Shown: piece by piece, positions 11,151 through 24,039 of the stretch | How positions within the stretch are numbered: the stretch's first letter is position 1 | How the letters are laid out: each line of letters begins with the position of its first letter | Source: Macrostomum lignano | Lineage: Eukaryota | DNA: 64,000 nt | NCBI GenBank assembly: GCA_002269645.1 | Contig: NIVC01001035.1 | Coordinates: 124,001 to 188,000, forward strand | Reading direction: 5' to 3' | The notes under the pieces: generated by a model | What the model was told of the DNA's origin: nothing | Databases searched by the model: none | The model's input: only the letters and a program-made list of their open reading frames with translations | Made by a program: the position numbers and the translations under genes

Positions 11151-14100
11151 ATGAAACCTCCACCCTTGCCAAAATACCCTCCCCCAGTTCCACCCCCTTT
11201 GCCTACCTGTACACCACCTGCCCCCTCATCTCAAGTGACTGCACCAATGGTAATTGGCTATGCTGCTGCATCTGCAGCAACTGACCAATTTCAGACCTGC
11301 CAGTCTGCATCTCAGTGCTCATCATCTCTGCCGCAGACTCTGCAGGCAGTGCCAAAGCCTGCTAAGACTGTAGTATCTCTCACTGATCCCACTTCTTGGC
11401 CACCAGATCTTTGGTAAGTAGATGCTAAGTGGTTATTAGTCCATTGAAATAGTATGGGCATAATGATTCAAGAATTTTGCCATAGCTATTACTATTATAT
11501 CCAGATGCCCACTATTCAATACCAGATACCCGGTATTGGATAGTGGGTATCTGATATTGAATAGTGGGTATCTGGTGGGGCCCATACCCACTATCCAATA
11601 CCGAATACCCACTATCCAATACCCCATACCCACTATCTAATACCCCATACCCACTATCCAATACCAGATACCTATCATCCAATACCCCATACCCATTATC
11701 CAATACCAGATACCCACTATCCAATACCCCATACCCACTATCTAATACCCCATACCCACTATCCAATACCAGATACCTATCATCCAATACCCCATACCCA
11801 TTATCCAATACCAGATACCCACTATCCAATACCCCATACCCACTATCCAATACCCCATACCCACTATCCAGTATCCAACCCCCATGCCCGTCCCCAGGGA
11901 GTACATCGAACGTGTGTACATTTCCGAGGCTGACCCCAGTCGCCATGAGCAGTTGGAGCAGCTGCTAAAGGCCAAGATCACGCCAATATTCGACGCCAAT
12001 CTCGTCAGTTCGATTGATTGGAGCACAGAGCCGCTGGTTCGAGTCCCGGATTCGGTGCCAAACACAATGTTTGTATTTTGTAGTTGACTTCCTTTACTTC
12101 AAGCCCCAGTTAGACAGAATATTGAATTTAAAAAAGATTTGTCTATTGAATTTCAGTCAGCAGCCTGATATACAGACCAAGCAAACTGCTCCCGCGCAAA
12201 AGCGACCAATTTCTGCAACAACAACAACAACAACTGCTAGCGTCGCCCAGCAACAAAAGCAGCAACAAATTCAACAGCGGAAGCAAAAGAAAAAGAAGCG
12301 GCTTCGACTGTTGCTGCAGCAGTCTCTGTATAGCGACAGCAGTGACAGCAATAATAGTAGCAGCAGTAGCAGCATTGTAAACTTGCAGAATAAGCAAGCA
12401 GAAAATAATTGTACTGATGCTACTGATGCTACTGCCGATGAAGATAGTAGTATAGAAGAGGATAGCGATTCTTCGTCTACATCGTCAGCCTCGATGGATC
12501 AGCAGATGCAGCAACAGCGCGGAGCATCAACTCGCGGACGAGGTCGAGGCAGAGGTCGAGGACGCGGCCGAGGCGGTGGCGCCGGCGGCGCGTGTGTCGA
12601 TCCAGGCGCCAGCGCCGCTACCCTAGATCGTCGACGCGAACGATTTCGCGATCATCTGGGCAGCCTGGAGGCTTCGCCTTTGTCGACGAGTAGAGATCGG
12701 CTAGTCGCTTCGCCAGTTCCAGCCGGAGTCCTTGGCGATGGGGAATTGGATCTGGACTGCAGCCGGCTGAGAATTGTCGGCACCAGCACTAAGCTGGAGA
12801 AAGAGTATTTGAGGCTGACCAGCGCGCCGGATCCGGCTACTGTAAGGTCCAGGGAGACGCTGGAGTTGGCGCTGCAGCTGCAGATGGACAGGTGAGCTGA
12901 GGGGTGTCGTATCGAGGTTGTAGAGGGAGGGTCATCATAGTCACGGGAGATTTTTCAAGTCAAAAACGTTGGGTCATTGATTGGGTCATAGACATTAAGG
13001 TCATTGACACTGGAGATCATTGGGTCATAAGCACTGGAGATCATTGGGTCAGAGACACTGGAGGTCATTGGGTCATAAGCACTGGAGATCATTGCGTCAT
13101 AAGCACTGGAGGTCATTCGGTTATAGCCACTGGAGGTCATTCGGTCATAGACACTGGAGATCATTGGGTCATAGCCACTGGAGGTCATTAGGCTATAGAC
13201 ACTGGAGGTCATTGGGTCATAGCCACTGGAGGTCATTAGGTGATAGACACTGGAGGTCATTGGGTCAGAGACACTGGAGGTCATTCGGTCATAGACACTG
13301 GACTGGAGATCATTCGGTCATAGACACTGGACTGGAGATCATTGGGTCACAGGCACTGACGATCATTCGGTCATAGACACTAGAGATCATTGGGTCATCA
13401 ACACCGGAGATCATTCGGTCTTGACACTGGACTGGAGATCATTGGGTCATACAACAACAACAACAACAACAGAGTACGCTGCCAGTTCACAAAAGCAGCG
13501 TCAGATGGCGCGCTTCAAAGCTTGGGCGCGAACAAAAGCCGCACCGCCGGCAGAGTCCGGGGCGCCGGCGTCAGCCAGCAGACAGTCGACGTAGCGCCGA
13601 GTCCTCGCCTGTCCCCGCCGGTAGGGTGCCTGCAACGTAAGTAGCAGCACCTCCTGCATCGGCTCCGGACAGTAGGCCTCGGCGCGGATGACGTGGCCTG
13701 CCAGCTGGAGTCGCCGACGGCGCAGCAGATCGCTAGGACGGGCCAGGCCGGCGCGATGATAGAGCGCCGTGTTGGTGACTCGCTCGTTGCCGATCTTGAA
13801 GGCGGCGCGCAGCAGGCCAGCGTGCGCCGCGTCGACTTGAGCCTCGAGCGAGTCTGTCAGCGTCCAGGTCTCGGCTCTCGGCGTTGTATAACAGGACGGT
13901 CTCGATCACCGCCTGGAACAGCGCCGCCCTCTGGCGGTCCGGTAGGGCCTCGGACTGCAGGACTGACCTTATATTGGGTCATAGACACTGGACTGGAGAT
14001 CATTCGGTCATAGACACTGGACTGGAGATCATTCGGTCATAGACACTGACCCAATTTGTTGAGCACTCGCCGAATCCCGCCGCGCACTTTCCCACAGGCT

Positions 14101-15587
14101 GGCATCCGGCACCTCCGACTACCTGACCGTGTGCGAGCAGTTCAAGGCCATCCGGCAGGACCTCACAGTGCAGGGCATCCGCGACCGCCTGGCCGCTCGG
14201 GTCTACGAGGCCCACGCGGAGGCCGCCCTGGCAGCCAGCGATCGGGCCGAGTTCAACCAGTGCAGCTCGCAGCTGCGCAGCCTCTACGAAGAAGGCGTGC
14301 CGGGCAGATGGGCGGAATTTGCCGCCTACAGAATGCTTTATTTTATGTCTACTAATGACACTACTCGTGAGTAATAGTGTGTGCATATAGTTATTAAAGA
14401 CATGGTGCATCCGCAGTTAGACTGAGCCTTCTCCCCCCCCCATCGGCAGATCTCACTACCACACTCGGCCGTTTGCCAAAGCAGTGGCGCCGCGATCCAT
14501 GCGTAAAATTTGCTCTGCAGCTGCGCTCGGCCTGGTCAGCCAACAACTACTGCCTGTTCTTCCGGCTGAGTAGCGGTGCGCCTGCGCTGTGCGGCAGGCT
14601 GGTGGACTGGTTCGCTGATAGGGAGCGGCTGGTAGCGCTCAAGGCTATGGTTAAGGCGTGAGTTCTTGGGACTTTTTGAGTTGCTGGGTTCTCCAACATC
14701 CTCAGTTGAATGGGTTCTCCCGGATCCTCAGTTGCTGGGCCAGCCTCCCAGATCCTCAGTTGCTGGGCCAGCCTCCCAATCCCCAGTTGCTGGGCCAGCC
14801 TCCCAGATCCTCAGTTGCTGGGCCAGCCTCCCAGATCCCCAGTTGCTGGGCCAGCCTCCCAGATCCTCAGTTGCTGGGCCAGCCTCCCAGATCCCCAGTT
14901 GCTGGGCCAGCCTCCCAGATCCTCAGTTGCTGGGCCAGCCTCCCAGATCCCCAGTTGCTGGGCCAGCCTCCTAGATCCCCAGTTGCTGGGCCAGCCTCCT
15001 AGATCCTCAGTTGCTGGGCCAGCCTCCCAGATCCCCAGTTGCTGGGCCAGCCTCCCAATCCCCAGTTGCTGGGCCAGCCTCCCAGATCCCCAGTTGCTGG
15101 GCCAGCCTCCCAGATCCCCAGTTGCTGGGCCAGCCTCCCAGATCCTCAGTTGCTGGGCCAGCCTCCCAGATCCCCAGTTGCTGGGCCAGCCTCCCAGATC
15201 CCCAGTTGCTGGGCCAGCCTCCTAGATCCCCAGTTGCTGGGCCAGCCTCCTAGATCCTCAGTTGCTGGGCCAGCCTCCCAGATCCCCAGTTGCTGGGCCA
15301 GCCTCCCAATCCCCAGTTGCTGGGCCAGCCTCCCAGATCCCCAGTTGCTGGGCCAGCCTCCCAGATCCGCAACTCTCACAATACCATTTCGCGCAACCCG
15401 AACCCGTGTCCGCAGCTACCGCCCTTCCGTGCCGCTGTCCCATCTTCAATCCCAGCTGGGTTTCGTCGATGCCGAGTCCTGTCAGAAATTTCTGACATCC
15501 TCTGGCGTGCCAGCCGCGGCCATAGACAGCGCAGAGGGCATCCTGGACTGTCGGGTCTGCGCACTCGCCGCCATCTCGTCTGCGTGA
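11151..15587 (+). CDS. LENG8: LENG8/THP3-family SAC3/GANP domain protein. Exons 11151-11413, 11898-about 12040/12069, about 12157/12161-12891, 14098-14366, 14450-14657, 15416-15587
   Basis: Motifs WPPDLWEYIER, IDWSTEPL, IVGTSTKLEKEYLRLTSAPDPATVR, CEQFKAIRQDLTVQGI, VYEAHA, EFNQCSSQLRSLY, YRPSVPL. Junction phases are consistent except intron 2, where two weak donor/acceptor pairs are possible. Confidence 0.92.
11509..11880. repeat. 21-bp minisatellite (CCCATACCCACTATCCAATAC)n with inverted units at its 5' end
   Basis: Forward units 11580-11880; reverse-complement units at about 11533-11575. Confidence 0.95.
12970..14050. repeat. 24-bp minisatellite (GGTCATTGGGTCATAGACACTGGA)n in LENG8 intron 3, split by an RTE insertion
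   Basis: Units at 12970-13451 and 13973-14050. Confidence 0.93.
13452..13972 (-). mobile_element. 5'-truncated RTE-clade non-LTR retrotransposon fragment
   Basis: Minus strand encodes LFQAVIETVLLYNAE/TWTLTDSLE...RRRRLQLAGHVIR...RRGQARTRRY..LKRAI*, typical of an RTE ORF C-terminus. A 7-bp duplication (GCCGAGA) shifts the frame. Short 3' UTR and (TTG)n tail. Flanked by ATTGGGTCATA (13441-13451, 13973-13983). Confidence 0.85.
14690..15368. repeat. 29-bp minisatellite filling LENG8 last intron (CAGTTGCTGGGCCAGCCTCCCAGATCCYC-type)
   Basis: Read directly; same family as 4575-5042. Confidence 0.97.
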
Positions 15588-15749
15588 TCCAAGTTATGCA
15601 AGCTCCTATTTTATTGATTTTACTATAATTTTTATCGCGCTAAGAATAATTTATAGTAATTTGGTAACTGTTCCTGTACCCTAAATCGTAAGAATCATTA
15701 AAATCTGACATTGAGAAGTTTTTTCAGGTTATTTTATCTGTAATTAAAC

Positions 15750-16000
15750 ACACAGTGTCTGTAATGAAACATACAGTGTCTGTAACGAAACATACAGTGT
15801 CTGTAATGAAACATACAGTGTCTGTAACGAAACATACAATGTCTGTAATGAAACATACAGTGTCTGTAATGAAACATGCAGTGTCTGTAATGAAACATGC
15901 AGTGTCTGTAATGAAACATAGTGTCTGTAATGAAACATGCAGTGTCTGTAATGAAACATAGTGTCTGTAATGAAACATACAGTGTCTGTAATGAAACAAT
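15750..16000. repeat. 21-bp minisatellite (GTGTCTGTAATGAAACATACA)n
   Basis: Read directly. Confidence 0.95.
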
Positions 16001-16424
16001 CACGATCTGTAGTGAAACCTTCATGATTTTTATTTGTCAATAAAGCTTTAAAATCTGCATTAGAAGTTTCATTCTTCAATCTATATTTAAAAGGGCATAG
16101 TGTACTTTATATTGTTGCATACTTTTGCGCTTTTAAGGCATTTCAAGACGCGCGCTACAGATTTTCATTGTAATTCACTTTTTCTTGCGTGGTGGCTGCT
16201 GACCGACCAACCGGTACAAGAGGCAAACATTAAATACACTTTTTGTTTAGGCCTTGCAATTAGCTTAATATCACTGGAACTGGCTGTACTCTACAACTCA
16301 AACGCAACGAAAGCTTTGTCTATTCATTTTTTAATACACAATGAGCAATCTGTAGCGAAAACTTGATCAACGGTGTGCATTTTCGTCTAATCTACGAACT
16401 TATTTACTTTGCCTACCCATCTAG

Positions 16425-16790
16425 CTACCTAACCTACCTAGCTATGTACCTAACCTACCTAGCTATGTACCTAACCTACCTAGCTATGTACCTAACCTAC
16501 CTAGCTATGTACCTAACCTACCTAGCTATGTACCTAACCTACCTAGCTATGTACCTAACCTACCTAGCTATGTACCTAACCTACCTAGCTATGTACCTAA
16601 CCTACCTAGCTATGTACCTAACCTACCTAGCTATGTACCTAACCTACCTAGCTATGTACCTAACCTACCTAGCTATCTACCTAACCTACCTAGCTATGTA
16701 CCTAACCTACCTAGCTAACTACCTAATCTAGCTATCTACCTAACCCACTTATATATATACCTAACATACCTATCTACCTAACCTACCCGT
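16425..16790. repeat. 21-bp minisatellite (TACCTAACCTACCTAGCTATG)n
   Basis: A perfect core with degenerate edges. Confidence 0.96.
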
Positions 16791-17499
16791 CCATCTACCC
16801 ATCTTTTCCCGCAAATTTCCCATCAAGCTCCTCTGCACTGGCTATAAGGTTCCTCACAATAGAATCGGTCAGAAATTATAGCTCTCGGGTCACCCGATTA
16901 CTTCCGAAGTGGAACTCGCACAATGGCTGTCTGGAAGATTCGAATATGGCCACTTCCGCGACTTCGAGCACCGATCCGATCCCGGGTAGTTCTAATCCTT
17001 CCTTAGCCAGCATATGATACGCGCACATTGCCTCTTGGAAATGCTTCGAATAGAATAGCTATTATAATCAAGGCCGGATCGCGTGTGTGGAAGGCTCGAA
17101 TCCCTGATCAGGCAACAAGGGAGGGAGAAGCAGCCATAAAAGATGAAGCTCATAGATACAGTCTCCAAGGCATCTACGAGCTAGCAGGTTGCCGGAGCTA
17201 ATTTATTGGCTGAAAGCTCTTTAGCTGCTCTTATCTCTGCCACACAGCCGTGCTCGGTTCATTGTGCGGCCTGAATGTATGCCGTATTTAACTCCATATT
17301 AATAATTTCTATACTGTGAATGCCATCTCGATCTAAATATTCATTAATTCAACCTGCTGCTGCTTTGTCCTGCTGCAGCAACAATAGCTGCTGCTCATCA
17401 ATAATTATTATGAGCATTTTCTGCCGCTGAGTCAATTGACTTTCTTGATTAATCAATCTGTTTGTGCTGAAACTCCAGGTTATTTGTGCTGAAGCCTGA

Positions 17500-17722
<223 letters not shown>

Positions 17723-18431
17723 CTTATTTCTGTCCGTCGTCTTTCCATTCTTTGTACTGTCTGAGCTTTTCCTTAAAATCTCGGGATGCTCAATTGCCTC
17801 CTCGATCAATATCTTATATTGAAAAATCCGTAGCTTCATATCTAAATGCTTTCAAAGCTCTCCAGTGCTGTCATTTTTATGATTTAAAGCACTATTTAGC
17901 ACCTAAAGCAGTACATTTATAAACTAGAAATTATAACTACAATAATTTACTAAGCTCAAGGCATATAGAAGTTCTGTCTCTATAACGTATCGCCAGTTTG
18001 AAAGCTTTAATTTCCACGCACGATCTTACTATCAGCCTCCGTAATTAGCTATAATTCCCATAAAAATATGGCTGCATTTAGGTCTTACGGATGCTGAGTA
18101 ACAAAGTGCAGCTGCATCATCATCATCATCATCAGAATCCTCATCAAATAAACGGTTGCAATTGTGCACAGGGGATTAGCTGCGGCTCAGATATTCAGGA
18201 CTTAATCTGCATCTGCATGACTGACATCTACATAGCCATCCCGTCTCCCATTATAGCTGATCCCGCTGCTTGTTCTGATGGGGCGCAGCGCACGCAGGGT
18301 CAGATTATATAAAAAACTGGCTGCCAATGCACAGCGTGAGCTCATTTTGCGAGAGCTCAGCAGGCAGTACTGGGCACAGATACTATAAATACTATAGTAT
18401 CTATATCTATCTATCTATAGTGTTTATAGTA

Positions 18432-18940
18432 TTGGTTTTGTCAGCCTAACTGAGAATAAAGCCATCCAAAGTGAGAATCCTGCCTACGCTGACTGCGAAG
18501 GGCCTGGCTGCGTGCAGCCTTAGTCTATGGGCCATAGACTATAGAGGACAAGCAAAGTGATAAAAAGCCATCCAAAGTGAGAATCCTGCCTACGCTGACT
18601 GCGAAGGGCCTGGCTGCGTGCAGCCTTAGTCTATGGGCCGTAGACAATAAAGGACAAGCAAAGTGATAAAAAGCCATCCAATGTGAGAATCGATTGGTCT
18701 ATGCGTCGTATTCTTTTATTTTTATACCTTCTGAGCCATATGACTAGCCAATAGCTTGAACGGAATAACGGAAACAGGAACACACTGGATGATACAGTAC
18801 AGTAAAGTAAAGAGTTAAAATCCTAGACTCATATGGCACATACAGTAGACTAGGCTGGACGCAGCTAGGCCCTTCGTATTCAGCGTAGGCAGGATTCTCA
18901 CTTTGGATGGCTTTATTCTCAGTTAGGCTGACAAAACCAA
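18432..18940. mobile_element. Tc1/mariner-type MITE with about 90-bp TIRs and TA TSD
   Basis: TA|TTGGTTTTGTCAGCCTAACTGAGAATAAAGCCATCCAAAGTGAGAATCCTGCCTACGCTGA and its exact reverse complement ending ACAAAACCAA|TA. Internal tandem duplication of about 105 bp of left-TIR sequence. Confidence 0.88.
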
Positions 18941-19377
18941 TATCTGTGGTACTGGTCACTGCAGGCTCTAGCTAACAAGGATCTCAAAGGTATCTGCAGA
19001 TATGCTCTTTCCACTGCTTTTACTCAGCACCTCTGGGCAACTTCCATGTTTACCGGGGGAATTTTATTTAGTCAAAGCGACCCAGTCTTCTTTCTACATT
19101 ATATTACAATCTTGCTTTCGGCTTCAAGACTCAAATATGGAACTCAGTAATTTGAAGTGAAAGGATGTTGCAACTTTGGCAAATATACCATGACAGATCT
19201 GGCTATAGGAGTTATTTGTCTCAGGATTCAGGGCAGTCGAAAGCTGCGATATTGACAGTTTTATCAATAAAAATATCGAATTAATCCTTTAAAAATGCCG
19301 CCCAAATAATCAGGAATAAACTCGAGTCTTAGGCATACAAAAAATTAGCCAACCATACATTATCCTCAGAGAGAATC

Positions 19378-20230
19378 GCTCCTGAACCATCAAAAAGACT
19401 TGCCCCTGAACCATCAAAACAAGACTTGCTCCTGAACCATCAAGACTTGCCCCTGAACCATCAACGACACTTGCCCCTGAACCATCAAGACTTGGCCCTG
19501 AACCATCAAAACAAGACTTGCCCCTGAACCATCAAGACTTGCCCCTGAACCATCAAGACTTGCCCCTGAACCATCAACAAGACTTGCCCCTGAACCATCA
19601 AGACTTGCTCCTGAACCATCAAGACTTGCCCCTGAACCATCAAGACTTGCCCCTGAACCATCAACAAGACTTGCCCCTGAACCACCAACAACACTTGCCC
19701 CTGAACCATCAACAACACTTGCCCCTGAACCATCAAAACAAGACTTGCCCCAGAACCATCAAGACTTGCCCCTGAACCATCAACGACACTTGCCTCTGAA
19801 CCATCAAGACTTGGCCCTGAACCATCAAAACAAGACTTGCCCCTGAACCACCAACAACACTTGCCCCTGAACCATCAACAAGACTTGCCCCTGAACCATC
19901 AACAAGACTTGCCCCTGAACCATCAACAAGACTTGCCCCTGAACCATCAGCAAGACTTGCCCCTGAACCATCAGCAAGACTTGCCCCTGAACCATCAGCA
20001 AGACTTGCCCCTGAACCATCAACGACACTTGCCCCTGAACCATCAAGACTTGCCCCTGAACCATCAAGACTTGCCCCTGAACCATCAACAACACTTGCCC
20101 CTGAACCATCAAGACTTGGCCCTGAACCATCAACAAGACTTGTCCTTGAACTTTCAGCAAGACTTGCCCCTGAACCATCAACAACACTTGCCCCTGAACC
20201 ATCAACAAGACTTGTCCTTGAACTTTCAGC
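19378..20230. repeat. 21/24-bp minisatellite (GACTTGCCCCTGAACCATCAA[CAA])n
   Basis: Read directly. Confidence 0.96.
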
Positions 20231-20829
20231 AAGTATTGACTGAACCGCCAAGTAGCAAAGTCGATGAATAGCTTGAGATAATGTACAAAATGTCCTCAAT
20301 CAGACAAAAGCATGTATTGGCAAAGAAGTCGCTGAAAAGTACATCATGCCCGCAGTCGCTGAGACCCGAGTCGCACCGTCCCTCTTCGTGGCAATTCCAG
20401 TGTACCGAGGAGCAGCAAGGAAGTACATAAAATACAGAATAGTAAAAACCCGCCGCAGAACTCATGCTGCAGACGATGAAGGAAACGAGAGTCTGAGCTC
20501 GGTGTTATCGGCCTCTCAGCGGGGTGCCCGGCAATTCGCAACCCCCTCCCTTCAATCTGGCAAATGAATTAATCAATTTTCTCTTGTCGGGTCGGATGAG
20601 GAATAGGGGAGGAGGCTGACCAGCCAGGGCCTCGGATCTTCGGAACATATTTAATAAAGCCGGTAGTTGGGGCACCCCGCCACCCCCGGAGAGGGCATCG
20701 CAAACAGCAGGGGAGAGAGATGGATGGGTAGAGCGGTGTAGCATTTTTTGTTGACTTCGGCGAAGCTTTTCGAGTCAGCGTTGACAGTGCGCTGGGTGAC
20801 AAATCGGCCTCTGATTGTACGGTTAATCG

Positions 20830-20886
20830 ACTGACTGATTGACTGGTTAACTGACTCACTAACTAACTAACTAACTAACTAACTAG

Positions 20887-20917
<31 letters not shown>

Positions 20918-20931
20918 GCTAACTAACTAAG

Positions 20932-21023
<92 letters not shown>

Positions 21024-21038
21024 CAACTAGCCAACTAT

Positions 21039-21115
<77 letters not shown>

Positions 21116-21130
21116 CAACTAGCCAACTAT

Positions 21131-21213
<83 letters not shown>

Positions 21214-21226
21214 ACTAGCCAACTAT

Positions 21227-21276
<50 letters not shown>

Positions 21277-21277
21277 G

Positions 21278-21308
<31 letters not shown>

Positions 21309-21390
21309 GACTAACTAACTAACTAACTAACTGACTAACTAACTGACTAACTAACTAACTAACTAACTTACTGATGAACTGACTAACTGA
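20830..21390. repeat. (CTAA)n microsatellite with CTGA/CCAA variants
   Basis: Read directly. Confidence 0.98.
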
Positions 21391-21979
21391 CTCCACAATA
21401 AACATCTCAAACTCAGTGCATAGAAAGAAATATCTGCAATTCCGACCAAACCCATTCCGTGTACTCAGCACTCAGCAGGGAGTGATAGGAAGCCCCTCCT
21501 CACGAAACGGCTTAAGCGATGGAGCTGCAGTCCAGCCAGATCTCTCTTTTCAAATAATTTTTTCATCTGTGCGCCCACACTGCCTCTCTTTTCATATCTG
21601 TAATTTCCTAAGGTGCCGCCAGTGCGCGGCCACCCCGTGCCCCGGGAAAAAACTGAGCGGGACGCCTCATCAGCCTCGGGCTCAGCCTCGTCTCCCCCAC
21701 TCTTCTCTCTCTTCTTTTTCTCCCTCAACCTGCCTTTCATGCTTCGGCTTAATTTCGCAGGCGAATGAGACTCACAGGCTGCCCCGCCGTGCAGGTGTTC
21801 CCGCCACTACCTCTGTCCTCAACCGGTATGAATTATTTTTTGCAATAAAGGACTTTCACTTCTAAGAGCACCTGTGCACTCAAAAGCTGGTATGTTCGGC
21901 TTTCGTTTGATGAAAAATAGAATTACTTTTTTTGGGGGGGGGGTATTTTCAGACTGAGAGAAATTCAAGGAAGCTTCAT

Positions 21980-22905
21980 AAGCACACACTGGCACAGGCA
22001 GGCAGATTGATAAGCACACACTGGCACAATTGCAGGCAGACTGATAAGCACACACTGGCACAATTTCAGGCATACTGATTAAGCGCACACTGGCACAGGC
22101 AGGCAGATTGATAAGCACACACTGGCACAGGCAGGCAGATTGATAAGCGCACACTGGCACAGGCAGGCAGACTGATAAGCACACACTGCCACAATTTCAG
22201 GCAGACTGATAAGCACACACTGGTACAATTGGTACAATCACAGGCAGGCAGATTGATAAGCACACACTGGCACAGGCAGGCAGATTGATAAGCACACACT
22301 GGCACAGGCAGGCAGATTGATAAGCGCACACTGGCACAGGCAGGCAGACTGATAAGCACACACTGCCACAATTTCAGGCAGACTGATAAGCACACACTGG
22401 TACAATTGGTACAATCACAGGCAGGCAGATTGATAAGCACACACTGGCACAGGCAGGCAGATTGATAAGCACACACTGGCACAAGCAGGCAGATTGATAA
22501 GCACACACTGGTACAGGCAGGCAGATTGATAAGCACACACTGGCACAATTGCAGGCAGATTGATAAGCACACACTGGCACAAGCAGGCAGATTGATAAGC
22601 ACACACTGGCACAAGCAGGCAGACTGATAAGCACACACTGGCACAGGCAGGCAGATTGATAAGCGCACACTGGCACAGGCAGGCAGATTGATAAGCACAC
22701 ACTGGCACAAGCAGGCAGATTGATAAGCACACACTGGCACAAGCAGGCAGACTGATAAGCGCACACTGGTACAGGCAGGCAGATTGATAAGCACACACTG
22801 GCACAAGCAGGCAGATTGATAAGCACACACTGGCACAGGCAGGCAGATTGATAAGCACACACTGGCACAAGCAGGCAGATTGATAAGCGCACACTGGCAC
22901 AGGCG
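21980..22905. repeat. 32-bp minisatellite (GATAAGCACACACTGGCACAGGCAGGCAGATT)n
   Basis: Read directly. Confidence 0.96.
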
Positions 22906-23359
22906 CACAATTTGACTTTTCACTGCGAAGCCAGTGGTCAACTTTTATCAGATAAGATAATAAGCGAGTCTATAACTGAGTCATAAATTTTTTAACTGTT
23001 TTATAGAGTTCTTTAAAATGGCTGAAATAATTGAGCCCACTAACGCATTAGTCAAGCCAGCTACATAGCCAGCAGTCATGTACTCAATATTTCTCTTTCA
23101 AATTCTCAAAATAGCAGCAGACAAAAAATCTGCTTCGAGCATATGCAGCAGCGGCTCCAGCAGTTTTCTGCCCAGTGAATTTCTCCCGTGAGCAATTATT
23201 TCGTCTTAACATCTTTTTTGTCGCGATGTTGCGAATTCATTTCTTTTCGCAACACCATGGAAGAGATTGAATTTGATACAAAATAAGCTGGGCAGACTCA
23301 AATTGAGAGCAGGGCTATAAATGCAGGTACTGAATTATGCGCTACGAATCGTCCCTTCT

Positions 23360-23450
23360 AGCTAGGGCCAGCCCCCGAGGGCAGAGGTGTACATGAGAAA
23401 GCCACGGTCGCTGTACACTCTGTGCGAGTACATGTATCTGCGTACGTGCT
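23360..23450 (+). mobile_element. Fragment of the central domain of the 10700-11037 SINE family
   Basis: GCCAGCCCCCGAGGGCAGAGGTGTACAT...GCTGTACACTCTGTGCGAGT resembles GCCAACCCCCCAAGGTGCAGTGAAGTGTACAT...GCTGTACACTCCTGTGTGAGT. Confidence 0.5.
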
Positions 23451-24039
23451 CAGGTGTCAACACCAGCGGCTTAACTAAGTAGAAAAACAATTAGAAGAAA
23501 CATTGGATTATCATTTGAGCAACAGAACAATATTATTTATGCATATTAATAGTTAGAAGAGAGAGTAAAAACTATAGAAGTTAAGTGTTGCTGGGAAATT
23601 CTTTTTAGGAAGATAATGAAACAGGAAGAGAAGACCCGATGGGATGCATGGAGAGGAACGGGGCGTATGCGGGACTTAGGAAGTCCCCCTGTAAGGTAAG
23701 GCTTGTATGGCTTACACAGCAGTTTCCTGTTAGAAGCGCCCACTTGCTCGATACAGGATGTCTCCCGACTTTCTCGCTCTTCCTCTCGGGTCTCCGATCC
23801 AGTGCAGCTCATCCCCATGCAGCCCGAGTAATAGCTCTATGTGTACAGGCTTATACATAGAGGCCTTACATTCTCGTACTTCATCTAAAAATGCGAAGGA
23901 AGATCTCTATTGTCCAGAAGGGAGGTCGGAGCGCACGAGCTTTATGACATTGACTTAGATTTATCATACACTGCATACACATTTCATTGAGGTAAGGTAG
24001 CACGCTTTAGCAGGCAGAGAAATACAAAAGTTAAAATCA

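Noticed and set aside
18091-18312. His-run ORF, and the opposite-strand DEDSDDDDDD peptide
   Set aside because: A (CAT)n microsatellite explains both; no phase-compatible splice sites or family motifs.
20830-21390. Interstitial telomere
   Set aside because: The unit is TTAG, not TTAGGG or TTAGG.
23560-23960. Possible LINE 3' end on the minus strand (…GDILYRASGRF*)
   Set aside because: Only vague similarity, with no diagnostic motif, tail or TSD.
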